Source: an uncultured bacterium
GTDB lineage: Bacteria > Hydrothermota > E44-bin80
Direction of reading: 5' to 3'
NCBI GenBank assembly: GCA_964392665.1
Contig: CAYMQB010000010.1
Location: 895-64,894 of the forward strand
Length of the DNA stretch: 64,000 nucleotides
The notes below the pieces were generated by a model. The model made no database searches, was not told the DNA's origin, and saw nothing but the letters and a program-made list of their open reading frames with translations. Below are positions 1 through 10,290 of this stretch, in pieces (the first letter of the stretch is position 1; every line of letters starts with the position of its first letter). The position numbers were made by a program, and so were the translations under genes.

Positions 1-4
1 AATA

Positions 5-871
5 TTACAATTTTTCTGCGGTGGCTACCCTTTTTATTCCCCTCAGGTCAGGGATTATTCTAATATCTTTGTATGATTTTTCTTTTTCAAATAGTTGTTT
101 TACATTTTCCGCCTGATCGATGCCAATCTCCAGAGCAATGAAACTTCGAGGTTTCAAGAAATCGTTGGCTTCATGAATTATTCTTTTAATGAACTTCAAT
201 CCATCATCGCCACCGTCAAATGCTTCTCTGGGTTCCTGTTTAACAATCTCTGGAAGCTTCTCGAGCTCAGAGGATGGAATGTAAGGGGGGTTTGAGATTA
301 AGACATTTGCTTTTTCTTTGTTTTTAAAGGGTTCAAGGACTTGTCCCGTAAGTAAGAATATTTTTTCGTCTAAGTGATAATTCATGCTATTTGTTTTTGC
401 ACATTCGAAGGCGATTTCAGATATATCGGATGCATAGATTTCCATATTTTCAAAGCGTTTTGCAAAGAAGATGGAAATTGCGCCTGTCCCCGTTCCAATT
501 TCAAACAAGATGAATTTACCAGATTTATTTGCTTCAATCCATTTCTTTGTTTCAGAGACAAGAATTTCCGTTTCCTGTCTTGGGATAAAAACGCCCTTTT
601 TTGTTTCTATATCAAAACCCATAAATCCGCTTCTTCCTATTATGTACTGAACAGGTTCGTCATCCAGTCGCCTTTTTATGTAATCTCTGAATATGGAGAG
701 TTCTTTATGCGTTATTGGCTGATTGAAATTAAGATACAAAGAAACTCTTTTTAAATTAAGGGTGTGAGCAAGAAGAATTTCTGTTGTTAACCTCGGTTCA
801 TCTATAGATTTTTTCCTTAAGTAATCGGTTGTAACCTTTATGAGTTCTTTTACCGTCCACTTTTTCTGCAT
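5..871 (-). CDS. prmC: Release-factor glutamine N5-methyltransferase (PrmC/HemK)
   Basis: 288 aa; AdoMet-binding GxGxG ('FEIGTGTGAIS') and catalytic NPPY ('ISNPPYIPS'); directly downstream of prfA on the same strand. Confidence 0.85.
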   Translation of the reverse strand: MQKKWTVKELIKVTTDYLRKKSIDEPRLTTEILLAHTLNLKRVSLYLNFNQPITHKELSIFRDYIKRRLDDEPVQYIIGRSGFMGFDIETKKGVFIPRQETEILVSETKKWIEANKSGKFILFEIGTGTGAISIFFAKRFENMEIYASDISEIAFECAKTNSMNYHLDEKIFLLTGQVLEPFKNKEKANVLISNPPYIPSSELEKLPEIVKQEPREAFDGGDDGLKFIKRIIHEANDFLKPRSFIALEIGIDQAENVKQLFEKEKSYKDIRIIPDLRGIKRVATAEKL

Positions 872-972
872 AGTTTTCTAATTTGATTGCTTCTATAATA
901 GGATGGAGGTTTCGATATCACTAATTCATTCCAGGTAGGCTGAAACCTGCGACTAACTATGAAACGTTTTTT

Positions 973-2022
973 CTAACGTTTCTCGCTTGCCAGCGTGAGT
1001 TTTTCTATAATTTCATCCAGGTCTCCACCCAATATGGATTCTAACCTGTGGAGTGATAATTTGATTCTATGGTCCGTGACACGATTTTGTGGGAAATTGT
1101 ATGTTCTTATTCTCTCGCTTCTGTCCCCGGTTCCTACCTGATTTCTTCTTTTGTCGGCGATTTTCTTCTCTTCTTCTTTGGTTTTTTTATTGAGAAGTCT
1201 TGAACGAAGTACTTTCATTGCTTTGTCTCTATTCTTGTGCTGAGACCTTTCATCTTGGCAGGTTACGACCATTCCTGTAGGCAGATATGTAATCCTTATT
1301 GCCGTTGATAGTTTATTTACGTTCTGTCCACCCGGACCTGATGAATGAAAGACATCTATTTTCAAATCCTTTGGGTCAATATTTATGTCCACTTCTTGCG
1401 CCTCCGGAAGGACGGCAACCGTTGCAGTTGATGTATGAATTCTACCTCCCGATTCCGTGATCGGGACCCTTTGTACTCTGTGGACACCACTTTCGAATTT
1501 GAATTTGTTGAATGCGTCTTTGCCATGAAGTAGAAATATAACCTCTTTAAATCCACCAATACCGGTCGTGTGTGTGTTCAATATTTCTATTTTCCAGTTT
1601 TTTATATTGGCGAATTTCGTGTACATGTCAAAAAGGTCCTTAACAAAAAGCGCCGCTTCTTCACCGCCGGCTCCTGCCCTTATTTCAACAATAATATTCT
1701 TATTTTCCATTGAATCTTTCGGGTAAAGGATTTGTCTTATTAGGTTTGTTTTATCTTTGATTTCCTGATTAACCTCGTCCAATTCTGTTTTTGCGATGGT
1801 TCTCAGTTCTTCGTCTTTATCCATCTCTACGATATTTTCTGCCTCTATCTTTCTGCGTTCCAATTTTTTGAGTTGTTTATACAGAGTAACTATATCCTTA
1901 AGCTCACTCCTTTCTTTCGAAAGTGATATGAGTTTTCCCTTATTTTTCATTACTCCCTCTGATTCAAGCAGCTTTGTAATCTCATCAAATCTCTTTTTTA
2001 ATTCTTCAAGCTTGTCAATCAT
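973..2022 (-). CDS. prfA: Peptide chain release factor 1
   Basis: RF-1 family with GGQ motif ('SGPGGQNVNK'). The ORF track start is 2082, but the conserved N-terminus 'MIDKLEELKKRF' begins at an internal Met (codon 2020-2022) with AAGGA about 9 nt upstream; the longer start would overlap the upstream gene by 68 nt. Confidence 0.9.
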   Translation of the reverse strand: MIDKLEELKKRFDEITKLLESEGVMKNKGKLISLSKERSELKDIVTLYKQLKKLERRKIEAENIVEMDKDEELRTIAKTELDEVNQEIKDKTNLIRQILYPKDSMENKNIIVEIRAGAGGEEAALFVKDLFDMYTKFANIKNWKIEILNTHTTGIGGFKEVIFLLHGKDAFNKFKFESGVHRVQRVPITESGGRIHTSTATVAVLPEAQEVDINIDPKDLKIDVFHSSGPGGQNVNKLSTAIRITYLPTGMVVTCQDERSQHKNRDKAMKVLRSRLLNKKTKEEEKKIADKRRNQVGTGDRSERIRTYNFPQNRVTDHRIKLSLHRLESILGGDLDEIIEKLTLASEKR

Positions 2023-2953
2023 TTTCTTTGTCCTTGTGTTCCATATTAAGAGCCGAGCGTAACGCAGCAAATCCAACCTCAAGTTGCGCTGGTGTTGGTT
2101 CTTTTGTCGTTACATATTGAAATGCAAGTCCGGGACTTAGCAAGATTTTAAGCAATCTATTCTTTGGATGTTTTCCGGCGAATTTAATAATTTCATAAGA
2201 TGTTCCTACAAGGAAAGGGAGAAAAAGCAAATGTATGCCAAGTCTGAGTAACTTCACAGAAGGTATTCCCCACACGCCAAAAATGAATGTATCAAGAACT
2301 GCAAAGAATATGATTGCAACGATAAAAACAATGAAAATAAAGGAAGTGCCACAGCGAGGGTGTTTGGTTGAATAGCATGAACAGTTTTTTTCTGTGAGTT
2401 CTTTGCCATCTTCCCAGCAGAAGATAGATTTGTGCTCTGCTCCGTGGTACTGGAAAAGACGTTTAACATCGGGGATAAATGATATTATCAAAATGTAGAG
2501 GATAAAGAAAATAATCCTGATTAATCCTGCAAGAATATTAAAGGTCACAGGTTTTGTATCCAAACCTGTTTTACTTGCTATAAATATGGGGAGAAATAAA
2601 AAGATGAAAAGTGCCAGGATTATTGCAAGGAAAGAGATTATCCCCGAGAGGAAGCCCTCATGGCGTTTTTTTTTGTTCTTCTGCTGTTGCTCGAAAGCAA
2701 TTTCTGCTGAGTAGTTAATTGCATTGATACCTTCGTATAGCATTTCGGCAAGTGCTACTATTCCTCTTACAAGGAACAACTTAAAGAATTTGATTTTTCT
2801 TAGCATTTCGTTACGCTTATGAGAATGAAGCACAATGTTTCCGTTAGGGGCTCTGACCGCGATTGAAACCTTTTCCGGTGATATCATCATTACGCCTTCA
2901 ATTACAGCCTGTCCACCTACATTAGTTTTTTTCATAGACGCAATATACAGCAT
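2015..2953 (-). CDS. DUF1385-family membrane protein
   Basis: 312 aa. N-terminal soluble segment 'GGQAVIEGVMM' followed by several hydrophobic helices; overlaps the prfA start by 8 nt, so co-transcription is likely. Confidence 0.55.
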   Translation of the reverse strand: MLYIASMKKTNVGGQAVIEGVMMISPEKVSIAVRAPNGNIVLHSHKRNEMLRKIKFFKLFLVRGIVALAEMLYEGINAINYSAEIAFEQQQKNKKKRHEGFLSGIISFLAIILALFIFLFLPIFIASKTGLDTKPVTFNILAGLIRIIFFILYILIISFIPDVKRLFQYHGAEHKSIFCWEDGKELTEKNCSCYSTKHPRCGTSFIFIVFIVAIIFFAVLDTFIFGVWGIPSVKLLRLGIHLLFLPFLVGTSYEIIKFAGKHPKNRLLKILLSPGLAFQYVTTKEPTPAQLEVGFAALRSALNMEHKDKEND

Positions 2954-3109
2954 AATTTCATTTATGTCAACCTTTTGGTAGTTATTTCAGGTTTTTTCTG
3001 AAAACATTGCGTTACGAATGTACATAATTTAACCACAAGGTTCCTTGGTTTGTGTAAAAATTACTGGGCTATTTATTTTGCTTGACTTTTATATGAGAAT
3101 AGGTTAAAT

Positions 3110-5128
3110 TTGAAAATAGTAATGAAGAAAATAGAAAAATTCAGAAGATTACATGAGATTTCGACTGTTTTGCTAACCGAGAAAAAGCTCGATCGAGTTC
3201 TCGATGCAATTGTAAAAAATGCTGCGGAGTTTTTTGCTGCGGATGCCTGTTCTATCCTGCTTTTTGACGAGAATCGCGAATTCTTAACTATTGCAAATTC
3301 ATACAGGCTGTCAAAAGCATATGTTAAAATTGTAAGGGTTCGGTATGATGAAGAGGTTGCGGGAAAGGTTGTAAGCAAACAAAAGCCGATCATTATTCCT
3401 GACCTCGACAACTTGTTTGCATCATTTGGTGACGATCTATCTATAAAGTGGTTTAGGAAGGAAGGCTTGGTTTCCTGCGTAGATGCACCGGTAGTTGTAA
3501 ACAAGAAATCCATTGGGTGTTTGAACCTTTATTACAAGAAAAAGTTTACCTTTAGAGAGAGGGATCTGGATGTGCTAAAAGTATTTTGTGATTTTTCTGC
3601 AATAGCAATTTACAATGCGGATCTTATTAAAAGAATAAAGGATGAGCTAAAAGAAAGGGCAACACTGGAGAATGTGAGTCTTATCTTGACATCGACACTT
3701 AGATTAAGAGAAGTGCTAAAAGCATTAATATCTAGCGCTGTTGAATTGACTGGCACAACCAAAGGTAGTATACTTTTAGTAGATGAGAAAAAACGAAGGA
3801 TTGTAGAAGCGTACAATTACAATAAAAAAGGCAAGAAATTTGAATCGTATTCAAGTACAGCCAGGTTAAATAGAGGTATTTCCGGCAAGATTCTAAAGAC
3901 AAAACAGGCTATTTCAATCGATAATCTCAGCAAACTAAGGGGAGTAAATCCTACGGCGGTGAAGAAAAAACGAAAAGGCGTTCTTGTTGTTCCAGTACTT
4001 ATCGAAGGAAAGGTAATTGCAATACTGTATGTTGATTCGCTAAAGCCCAGAATTTTCACGAAAAGGGATATTAGACTGGTTTCTGCTCTTACGAATCAAG
4101 CTGGAGTGGCTATTGAGAATGCAAGATTGTATGCGCAGGTTGAGCGGAAAATAAGAGATTTGTCTATTTCCTACAGAATCAGTCAAGCTTTGATATCTAC
4201 TATCGATCTTAATGTGCTTCTGTCGAAAATTTTGGAGGAACTCAAGGAAGCATTTGGTTATTCGAATCTTGCAATACTACTCGTAGATCGCGAAAGCAAT
4301 AAACTTGTATTCAAAGCAGCAACCGGTTATCCAGAGAAGATAAAGAAGATGATGTTAACAATTGGCAAGGATGGTATCACAGGTTATGTTGCTGCGAAAG
4401 GAAGGACTTATTATTCAAAGGATGTTCTGAAGGATAAACATTATATAAAGGGAATTGCAAATGTGAAATCCGAAGTTACCATTCCCTTGAAAATCGGAAA
4501 AAAAACTACAGGAGTTCTCAATGTTGAAAGCAAAGAGTATAACGATTTCGATGAATGGGAAATTAAACTTCTGTCATCCATTGCAGCGCAGATCGCCAAT
4601 GCCATTGAAAAATCGAGACTATATGAAGAGTCCAAGATGCTTTCCTTAACCGATCCTCTTACTAATCTTCCAAATAGAAGGCACTTTGATATCGTGGTCG
4701 ATGCAGAACTCAGAAAATCCGAAAGGTATAACAGACCTTTGAGCTTATTGCTCATGGATTTTGACAATTTCAAGCAGTATAATGATAAAAACGGTCATAT
4801 TGCCGGAGATAAGGTTCTTATTGAATATGCAAAGGTTATGAAATCATATGTTCGCAACATAGACCTTATCTGCAGATATGGAGGGGATGAGTTTATTGTC
4901 GTTTTACCGGAGACAGATGAAATTTATGCCAGGGGGGTTGCGGAAAGAATTCGCAAGAAAATACACAATAAGAGCAAGAAAATGGGTATAACCCTCAGTG
5001 TTGGAATCTCTACATATCCAGTCGATGGTGAGGAGAAGACAGCACTGATTAGGGCATCTGACAAGGCTTGTTACACTGCCAAGGAAGGGGGAGGGGATTG
5101 CGTAAGAAGCGTGCTGGATCAAAAATAG
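3110..5128 (+). CDS. Diguanylate cyclase with tandem GAF sensor domains (GAF-GAF-GGDEF)
   Basis: 672 aa; C-terminal GGDEF domain with an intact 'RYGGDEFIV' active site and 'LTDPLTNLPNRRHFD' linker; N-terminal ~450 aa look like two GAF-like domains. Confidence 0.8.
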   Translation: MKIVMKKIEKFRRLHEISTVLLTEKKLDRVLDAIVKNAAEFFAADACSILLFDENREFLTIANSYRLSKAYVKIVRVRYDEEVAGKVVSKQKPIIIPDLDNLFASFGDDLSIKWFRKEGLVSCVDAPVVVNKKSIGCLNLYYKKKFTFRERDLDVLKVFCDFSAIAIYNADLIKRIKDELKERATLENVSLILTSTLRLREVLKALISSAVELTGTTKGSILLVDEKKRRIVEAYNYNKKGKKFESYSSTARLNRGISGKILKTKQAISIDNLSKLRGVNPTAVKKKRKGVLVVPVLIEGKVIAILYVDSLKPRIFTKRDIRLVSALTNQAGVAIENARLYAQVERKIRDLSISYRISQALISTIDLNVLLSKILEELKEAFGYSNLAILLVDRESNKLVFKAATGYPEKIKKMMLTIGKDGITGYVAAKGRTYYSKDVLKDKHYIKGIANVKSEVTIPLKIGKKTTGVLNVESKEYNDFDEWEIKLLSSIAAQIANAIEKSRLYEESKMLSLTDPLTNLPNRRHFDIVVDAELRKSERYNRPLSLLLMDFDNFKQYNDKNGHIAGDKVLIEYAKVMKSYVRNIDLICRYGGDEFIVVLPETDEIYARGVAERIRKKIHNKSKKMGITLSVGISTYPVDGEEKTALIRASDKACYTAKEGGGDCVRSVLDQK

Positions 5129-5553
5129 AAATAAGAAGGTTGTCGGTTTCGGATTATGAGAAAATGGTAGATGTGTGGAAACGTGCCAAGCTTCCAGTTA
5201 AGCTTCGAGGAAGGGAAAGTCGGATGTCCATTGAAAAGCAAATGCGCGAGGCACCCGACCTGTTTCTTGGTGCTTTCGAGAATGATGAACTAATAGGGAT
5301 TATAATTGGTTCATCTGAAGTGAGAAAGGGGTGGCTTAATCGCATTGCGGTTGTTCCAGAGAAAAGAGGGAGGGGGATTGCAAAGGATTTGACGGTAAAA
5401 GCTGAGAAAGCATTGAAAAATAGAGGAATAGCAATTATAGGTCTTTTGGTCGAAAAGAACAATATAGACAGCATACAACTTGCTAAGTCGCTTGGATATA
5501 AGGAACACCCGAACATACTGTATCTTACGAAGAGAGAGAACGAAGATGTATGA
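5068..5553 (+). CDS. GNAT-family N-acetyltransferase
   Basis: Acetyl-CoA binding motif 'RIAVVPEKRGRGIAKDL'. The ORF-track start overlaps the GGDEF stop by 61 nt; the true start is probably a downstream codon (TTG 5140 or ATG 5164). Confidence 0.6.
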   Translation: MLHCQGRGRGLRKKRAGSKIEIRRLSVSDYEKMVDVWKRAKLPVKLRGRESRMSIEKQMREAPDLFLGAFENDELIGIIIGSSEVRKGWLNRIAVVPEKRGRGIAKDLTVKAEKALKNRGIAIIGLLVEKNNIDSIQLAKSLGYKEHPNILYLTKRENEDV

Positions 5554-5629
5554 AAGTGGTGAAGCCTGAAATTGGGAAATTGTAAACTACAAAGTGAGAG
5601 AAAGCATTGTTCAAAAAAGAGTGTAAGAA

Positions 5630-6955
5630 ATGATAAGTAAATATTTTCATTTTGACGAGATGGGTACGAACATAAGAGTGGAGACAGTTGCGGGATTTAC
5701 TACCTTTATGGCAATGGCTTACATAATGTTTGTTCAACCAGCCGTTCTTCAGGTGGCAGGCATGAATTTCGATGCGGTTTTTGTTGCAACCTGTCTTTCC
5801 TCGTTTATTGCAACACTCATTATGGGGGTTTATGCCAATTACCCGATTGCGTTGGCACCGGGTATGGGTGAGAATTTTTTCTTTGTTTACACTGTAGTTC
5901 TTACGATGGGACTAACCTGGCAGGCTGCACTCGGCGCTGTTTTAATATCCGGCGTTGTTTTTGTTATTCTCACTTTTTTAAGAATAAGAGAAATGATAAT
6001 AAATGCTATACCAGCGTCTCTAAAGAGTGGAATTGCTGCAGGAATTGGACTCTTTGTTGCATTTATTGGGTTTGTTCAGGCAGGTATTATAGTAAAAAGC
6101 CCTGGTGGAGTTGTAGAGTTGGGAAATCTGCATTCCTCCCCGGTTACTCTCGCTATAATCGGCATATTCATAATTGCTATCTTACTATCCCTCCGAATAA
6201 AGGGAGCGATACTTATTGGAATGGTTGTAACAGCAATACTTGGAATACCATTGGGTATTATTGAATTTCAAGGTATTGCAAGCCTTCCTCCTTCTATTTC
6301 GCCAACATTTTTTAAGCTGGATTTGGCAAGTACATTCAAGTTGGGTGGTATTACGGTAATAGCTATATTTCTCTTTATGGATATGTTCGACACTATTGGA
6401 ACACTTGTTGGTGTTGGAACGGCATCAGGGCTTATGAAAGACGGGAAACTACCCAGGGCGAATAAAGCGTTACTTGCAGATGCAACAGGAACTATCTTTG
6501 GAGCGGTTCTTGGAACCTCCACTGTTACTAGTTATATAGAGAGCACGACCGGAGTTTCCTCGGGTGGTAGAACCGGATTTGCAAGTGTTATTACAGGCAT
6601 TCTTTTTCTTGTAAGCCTTTTCTTTGCACCACTTGTAAGGATGATCGGTGGGGGCGTGGAAATGAGCAATAATGTCTTTCTTTATCCTGTTACAGCACCT
6701 GCTCTTGTAATAGTAGGTAGTATGATGCTGAAATCCATAGTTAAAATTGACTGGAAGGATCCTTCCGAATACATACCGGCATTTCTTACTATAATAGGAA
6801 TGCCACTAACTTACAGCATTGCGGATGGTCTTGCGTTTGGTTTTGTCTCATATCCTATAGTAAAACTGGCAAGTGGCAAAGGAAAGCAAGTAAACTGGCT
6901 TTGTTATTTGCTTGCCGTGCTTTTCATCCTAAGGTATATTTTTCTCCCACATTAA
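5630..6955 (+). CDS. NCS2/AzgA-family purine (adenine/guanine/hypoxanthine) permease
   Basis: 441 aa polytopic membrane protein; the N-terminal 'TTFMAMAYIMFVQPAVL' region and overall topology are typical of AzgA/PbuG permeases. Confidence 0.7.
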   Translation: MISKYFHFDEMGTNIRVETVAGFTTFMAMAYIMFVQPAVLQVAGMNFDAVFVATCLSSFIATLIMGVYANYPIALAPGMGENFFFVYTVVLTMGLTWQAALGAVLISGVVFVILTFLRIREMIINAIPASLKSGIAAGIGLFVAFIGFVQAGIIVKSPGGVVELGNLHSSPVTLAIIGIFIIAILLSLRIKGAILIGMVVTAILGIPLGIIEFQGIASLPPSISPTFFKLDLASTFKLGGITVIAIFLFMDMFDTIGTLVGVGTASGLMKDGKLPRANKALLADATGTIFGAVLGTSTVTSYIESTTGVSSGGRTGFASVITGILFLVSLFFAPLVRMIGGGVEMSNNVFLYPVTAPALVIVGSMMLKSIVKIDWKDPSEYIPAFLTIIGMPLTYSIADGLAFGFVSYPIVKLASGKGKQVNWLCYLLAVLFILRYIFLPH

Positions 6956-6970
6956 ATTGATGGAAAGAAT

Positions 6971-7864
6971 ATGGTGAAGTGCAACGAGCGGGGATTCCAC
7001 CCTCGCATTATCGAAGGAAAGGACTATAGGAATCTCGCCAGCAAATTGAACTATAGGATTTGGGTAGTGGTGATATTAGTTAGCATATATCTACTTTTCA
7101 ATTTTGACCGGTTTTACGGGAACGAAAGCAAAAAAAATTTTGCGCAGGAATTGTTTTCGGAGAAGGAATACTTGAGGGCTATCGGGGAATACCAAAGGTT
7201 GATGTATTTTTCTCTCGACAGTGATTCAACTGATTTTTACAAGTTTCAAATAGGTGAATGTTATAGAAAAATGGAGAGTTACGAGTTAGCAAAAAAAAAT
7301 TACTACGAACTCATTCTTGAAGGAGTGAAAGATACATACCTTTTGCTTAGCATACAGATTGCTTATGCAAAATGCTTAATAAATACGGGTTCAGTTAAGA
7401 CAGCCCGTTCAGTACTGAATGGTATTACTGCAGAAGGTCCCCAATCTGACACTATTAATCTGCTTGTCGGTATAACGCATATCAAGGCAATGGAATGGGA
7501 AAACGCAAAAGTAGAATTTAACAAAATTCACTCTCCGATAATGAAAGAAAATGCATTTCAAATGCTGGATAGGATATCAGGAGAGAATTTTAAGTCGGAG
7601 AAAACTGCATTACTTCTTTCCACTTTCATTCCGGGAGCCGGGCAGATTTATGCAAAGAGAACACTCAAAGGAATTATATCGTTTTCGCTTAATTTTTCCC
7701 TTGGATATCTAACATACAAGGCTGGTAGGGAAGGTAGAAGGATGGATGCAATCTTGATTGTTTATTTCGGACTTCAAAGATTCTATTTTGGAAATATCGA
7801 GCAAGCGAGAAAATATTCAAGCGAATTCAATAGTTGTATACTTGACAGTATAATCGTAGAATAA
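6971..7864 (+). CDS. Hypothetical membrane protein with TPR-like repeats and a DUF5683-like 'PGAGQIY' C-terminal segment
   Basis: 297 aa; one N-terminal TM helix, a TPR-like helical region, and C-terminal 'LSTFIPGAGQIYAKRTLKG' resembling Bacteroidota DUF5683 proteins. Confidence 0.35.
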   Translation: MVKCNERGFHPRIIEGKDYRNLASKLNYRIWVVVILVSIYLLFNFDRFYGNESKKNFAQELFSEKEYLRAIGEYQRLMYFSLDSDSTDFYKFQIGECYRKMESYELAKKNYYELILEGVKDTYLLLSIQIAYAKCLINTGSVKTARSVLNGITAEGPQSDTINLLVGITHIKAMEWENAKVEFNKIHSPIMKENAFQMLDRISGENFKSEKTALLLSTFIPGAGQIYAKRTLKGIISFSLNFSLGYLTYKAGREGRRMDAILIVYFGLQRFYFGNIEQARKYSSEFNSCILDSIIVE

Positions 7865-7865
7865 G

Positions 7866-8681
7866 TTGTGCATAATGCTAATCCTCCATTATCTTGGTAA
7901 TGCATTCTTCCATACGCTTCAAACCATTTTACTATTTCTTCCTGTTGTTGCATCCTGCATCGTTATTGAAATATTTTCGACATTTGCCAATAGACGGCTT
8001 GGAAAAAAGTTTGGCTGGTGCGGAATTCTACCTTTTGCCATTGTAGGTACGCCAATACACGAATTGAGTCATGCAGTAGTTGCTTTTCTCACCGGGCACA
8101 GAATACAAGAACTTGCCCTTTTTAAACCAAATCCACTAACCGGTGAATTGGGGCACTTGAAACATTCGTGGAATGATAGAAATCCCATTCAGAAATACAT
8201 AGGCAATCCTTTAATAGCAATAGCACCATTTTTTGGAGGTTCGCTTGTTCTCTATCTTCTCACAAAACTGCTTATGCCCCAACTTATCGCAGGCAATTCG
8301 CTGTCAGCGCTTTCTTCAAATCTGCTGAAGGACTTTTCGCAATTCAGGCTCTACATCGGCGCGCTTTTTTCGGCAACAGCTTCAATGTTACGAATATTCT
8401 TTAACTGGCGAAATCTCCTGAGTATTAGATTTTACATTTATGTTTTAGTTGCTTTCGGGATAAGCTTACATCTTACACCATCGAGACAGGACTTCTTTCA
8501 CTTCTGGACATATCTTTTCGGGCTTCTCATTATGATTTTCGTTTTAAATCTTGTTTTTCCGAATTTTATCGTTTTTCTTGAAATTCACTTTGTTGGTTTC
8601 ATTTTAAAATTGCATCCTTTGCTTTCACTGGCTGCTTTTTTTAGTCTCGTTAGCGCCCTGATAACAGGTTTTCTCTTGTGA
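7866..8681 (+). CDS. Polytopic membrane protein with an HExxH zinc-metalloprotease-like motif
   Basis: 271 aa with at least 6 hydrophobic helices; 'PIHELSHAVVAF' HExxH motif next to a TM segment, DUF3267-like; starts 1 nt after the upstream stop. Confidence 0.4.
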   Translation: MCIMLILHYLGNAFFHTLQTILLFLPVVASCIVIEIFSTFANRRLGKKFGWCGILPFAIVGTPIHELSHAVVAFLTGHRIQELALFKPNPLTGELGHLKHSWNDRNPIQKYIGNPLIAIAPFFGGSLVLYLLTKLLMPQLIAGNSLSALSSNLLKDFSQFRLYIGALFSATASMLRIFFNWRNLLSIRFYIYVLVAFGISLHLTPSRQDFFHFWTYLFGLLIMIFVLNLVFPNFIVFLEIHFVGFILKLHPLLSLAAFFSLVSALITGFLL

Positions 8682-8753
8682 GCAAATGAAGATTTTTCAT
8701 TGCAGCAGATTCCTCCGAACTGCAAATTCCCAGAATGTAGTTTAACAAATTGC

Positions 8754-8782
8754 TTGACTATGTCATTTTCATATAGTATAAA
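8754..8782 (+). promoter_or_regulatory. Sigma-70-like promoter (TTGACT, 17-nt spacer, TATAAA) for the CBS-antiporter pair
   Basis: TTGACT at 8754-8759, 17-nt spacer, TATAAA at 8777-8782; strong SD AAGGAGG at 8811-8817 before the ATG at 8825. Confidence 0.35.
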
Positions 8783-8824
8783 TTTTGACGCATGGAATTT
8801 AAGGGAAGATAAGGAGGAAATTCA

Positions 8825-9082
8825 ATGCGAAACTTCGAGAAGTTAAAAGTCAAAAATGTGTGGAAAACTATTTCAAAAAAGGCAACTACTGTCCGAATGG
8901 ATGCTGATATCGATGAGGCTATGCATCACCCTATATTCGTTTATGAAAATGACTTGCTTTTGAAAATTCTCAAGAGTATGGTGGATGAAAAGGTTCAGGA
9001 ACTACCTGTTGTTAATAGCGAGAAAAAAATAATTGGAGATTTGAACTGCCTTGAAATACTGAAAGGGTTCTGGAAGTTGTAG
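8825..9082 (+). CDS. Small standalone single-CBS-domain protein
   Basis: 85 aa; 'ELPVVNSEKKIIGDLNCLEILKG' looks like a CBS motif; its stop TAG overlaps the GTG start of the downstream antiporter (TAGTG), suggesting translational coupling. Confidence 0.45.
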   Translation: MRNFEKLKVKNVWKTISKKATTVRMDADIDEAMHHPIFVYENDLLLKILKSMVDEKVQELPVVNSEKKIIGDLNCLEILKGFWKL

Positions 9083-10290
9083 TGGAAACATTTGCCTATA
9101 TTTTTTTACTCGTAGGTATTTCTACCTATCTCGGGCACCTTGCGCGGAGAGTAAAACAACCTGAGATTATAGGGGAGATTCTCGGCGGAATTATCCTCGG
9201 TCCGGTAGTTGCTATTATTGCCACTTTACTGTTTCACGAAGGACATAGCATTCACATTTTCTTATCGTCAGAATATGCAAGCACAAAACTCATATCCCTT
9301 GTCGATTTTGCTGGTATTATGATAATGTTTGGTGCCGGGCTTGAAACGGATCTGTCGGCACTATTTTCTGCTGCAAAGAATGGTTTATTTGCGGCTATAG
9401 GTGGTGTTGTTTTACCATTTGCGCTGGGTTTGTTTGTCGGTAAGTATTTCCTTCATTTGGGACTTCTCGCTTCGCTTTATTTAGGTGCGGCTGTTTCCAT
9501 CACAGCCGTTGCTCTCAGCATTGCAACTTTGATACAGCTAAAGAAACTTTCGACGAAGGTTGGAATGAGTATTGTTATTGCTGCAGTAATCGATGATATT
9601 CTAGGGGTTATGATTTTATCGGTTATAATGAATATGACCAGGGGCGAGGGGAGTTTTTCAGTCAAGCATGTCTTTATTATGTTTATAATAGCCGCAGTGT
9701 TTGTAGTTTTTAGCGTCTTACTTGGGCATTTTGGAAAGAAATGGCGAAAGCATTTTCGTTTCGGAACGATATCAACGCAAGAAAGGCTATCGTTCTTTCT
9801 GCTTTTTCTTTTTCTTTTCTCCATTGTTTCGCATTTTGCCGGTCTTCATCTTGTTATTGGAGCATTTTTGGCAGGACTAATTCTGGGCCCCTTTCTTAAA
9901 ATGCGAGAGAAAGAAAATCTAAGCAACTGGATATGGGGATTGTTTGCTCCTCTCTTCTTTGCCTGGGTGGGTTTTTCCGTTCAATTCTCCGCAGATGCGT
10001 TCGGTATGGCTTTGCTACTTATTGTTGCAGCGGCATTTATCGGAAAAATTGTAGGAGCGGGTTTGGGTGCACTTTGTTCGGGTATAAGACCGATGGAATC
10101 ACTCGCAGTGGGAATAGGTATGAATGGAAGGGCAGCTGTTGAACTTATAATAGCGGAAATTGCTTTAAGAAATGGCGTTATTGGACGGAATATTTTTTCC
10201 TCGGTAGTTTTTATGGCTATCCTTGCGGCTATTACAACTCCGTTACTGCTGAAACTAATGGCTTCCAGGATAACTACGCCTGCCCGATGA
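9082..10290 (+). CDS. CPA2-family monovalent cation:proton antiporter (Kef/NapA-like)
   Basis: 402 aa with 11-13 TM helices; N-terminal 'LGHLARRVKQPEIIGEILGGIILGP' is typical of the Na_H_Exchanger family; GTG start. Confidence 0.75.
   Translation: METFAYIFLLVGISTYLGHLARRVKQPEIIGEILGGIILGPVVAIIATLLFHEGHSIHIFLSSEYASTKLISLVDFAGIMIMFGAGLETDLSALFSAAKNGLFAAIGGVVLPFALGLFVGKYFLHLGLLASLYLGAAVSITAVALSIATLIQLKKLSTKVGMSIVIAAVIDDILGVMILSVIMNMTRGEGSFSVKHVFIMFIIAAVFVVFSVLLGHFGKKWRKHFRFGTISTQERLSFFLLFLFLFSIVSHFAGLHLVIGAFLAGLILGPFLKMREKENLSNWIWGLFAPLFFAWVGFSVQFSADAFGMALLLIVAAAFIGKIVGAGLGALCSGIRPMESLAVGIGMNGRAAVELIIAEIALRNGVIGRNIFSSVVFMAILAAITTPLLLKLMASRITTPAR

Noticed and set aside
284-289. G6 run in the first 300 bp (CCCCCC on the coding strand)
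   Set aside because: It encodes the invariant N-P-P-Y catalytic motif of PrmC (AAC CCC CCT TAC). The run is constrained by protein sequence and is not a contingency tract.
95-754. Plus-strand ORFs 95-295 and 374-754 overlapping prmC
   Set aside because: These overlap prmC on the opposite strand. The prmC reading frame carries the diagnostic NPPY and GTGTG motifs; the plus-strand translations are Cys/Phe-rich nonsense.
860-972. Possible tRNA/ncRNA in the 100-bp spacer between prmC and prfA
   Set aside because: No cloverleaf-compatible stems or conserved T-loop/D-loop motifs (GTTC, or AGC..GG) could be found. It is more likely an ordinary intercistronic spacer.
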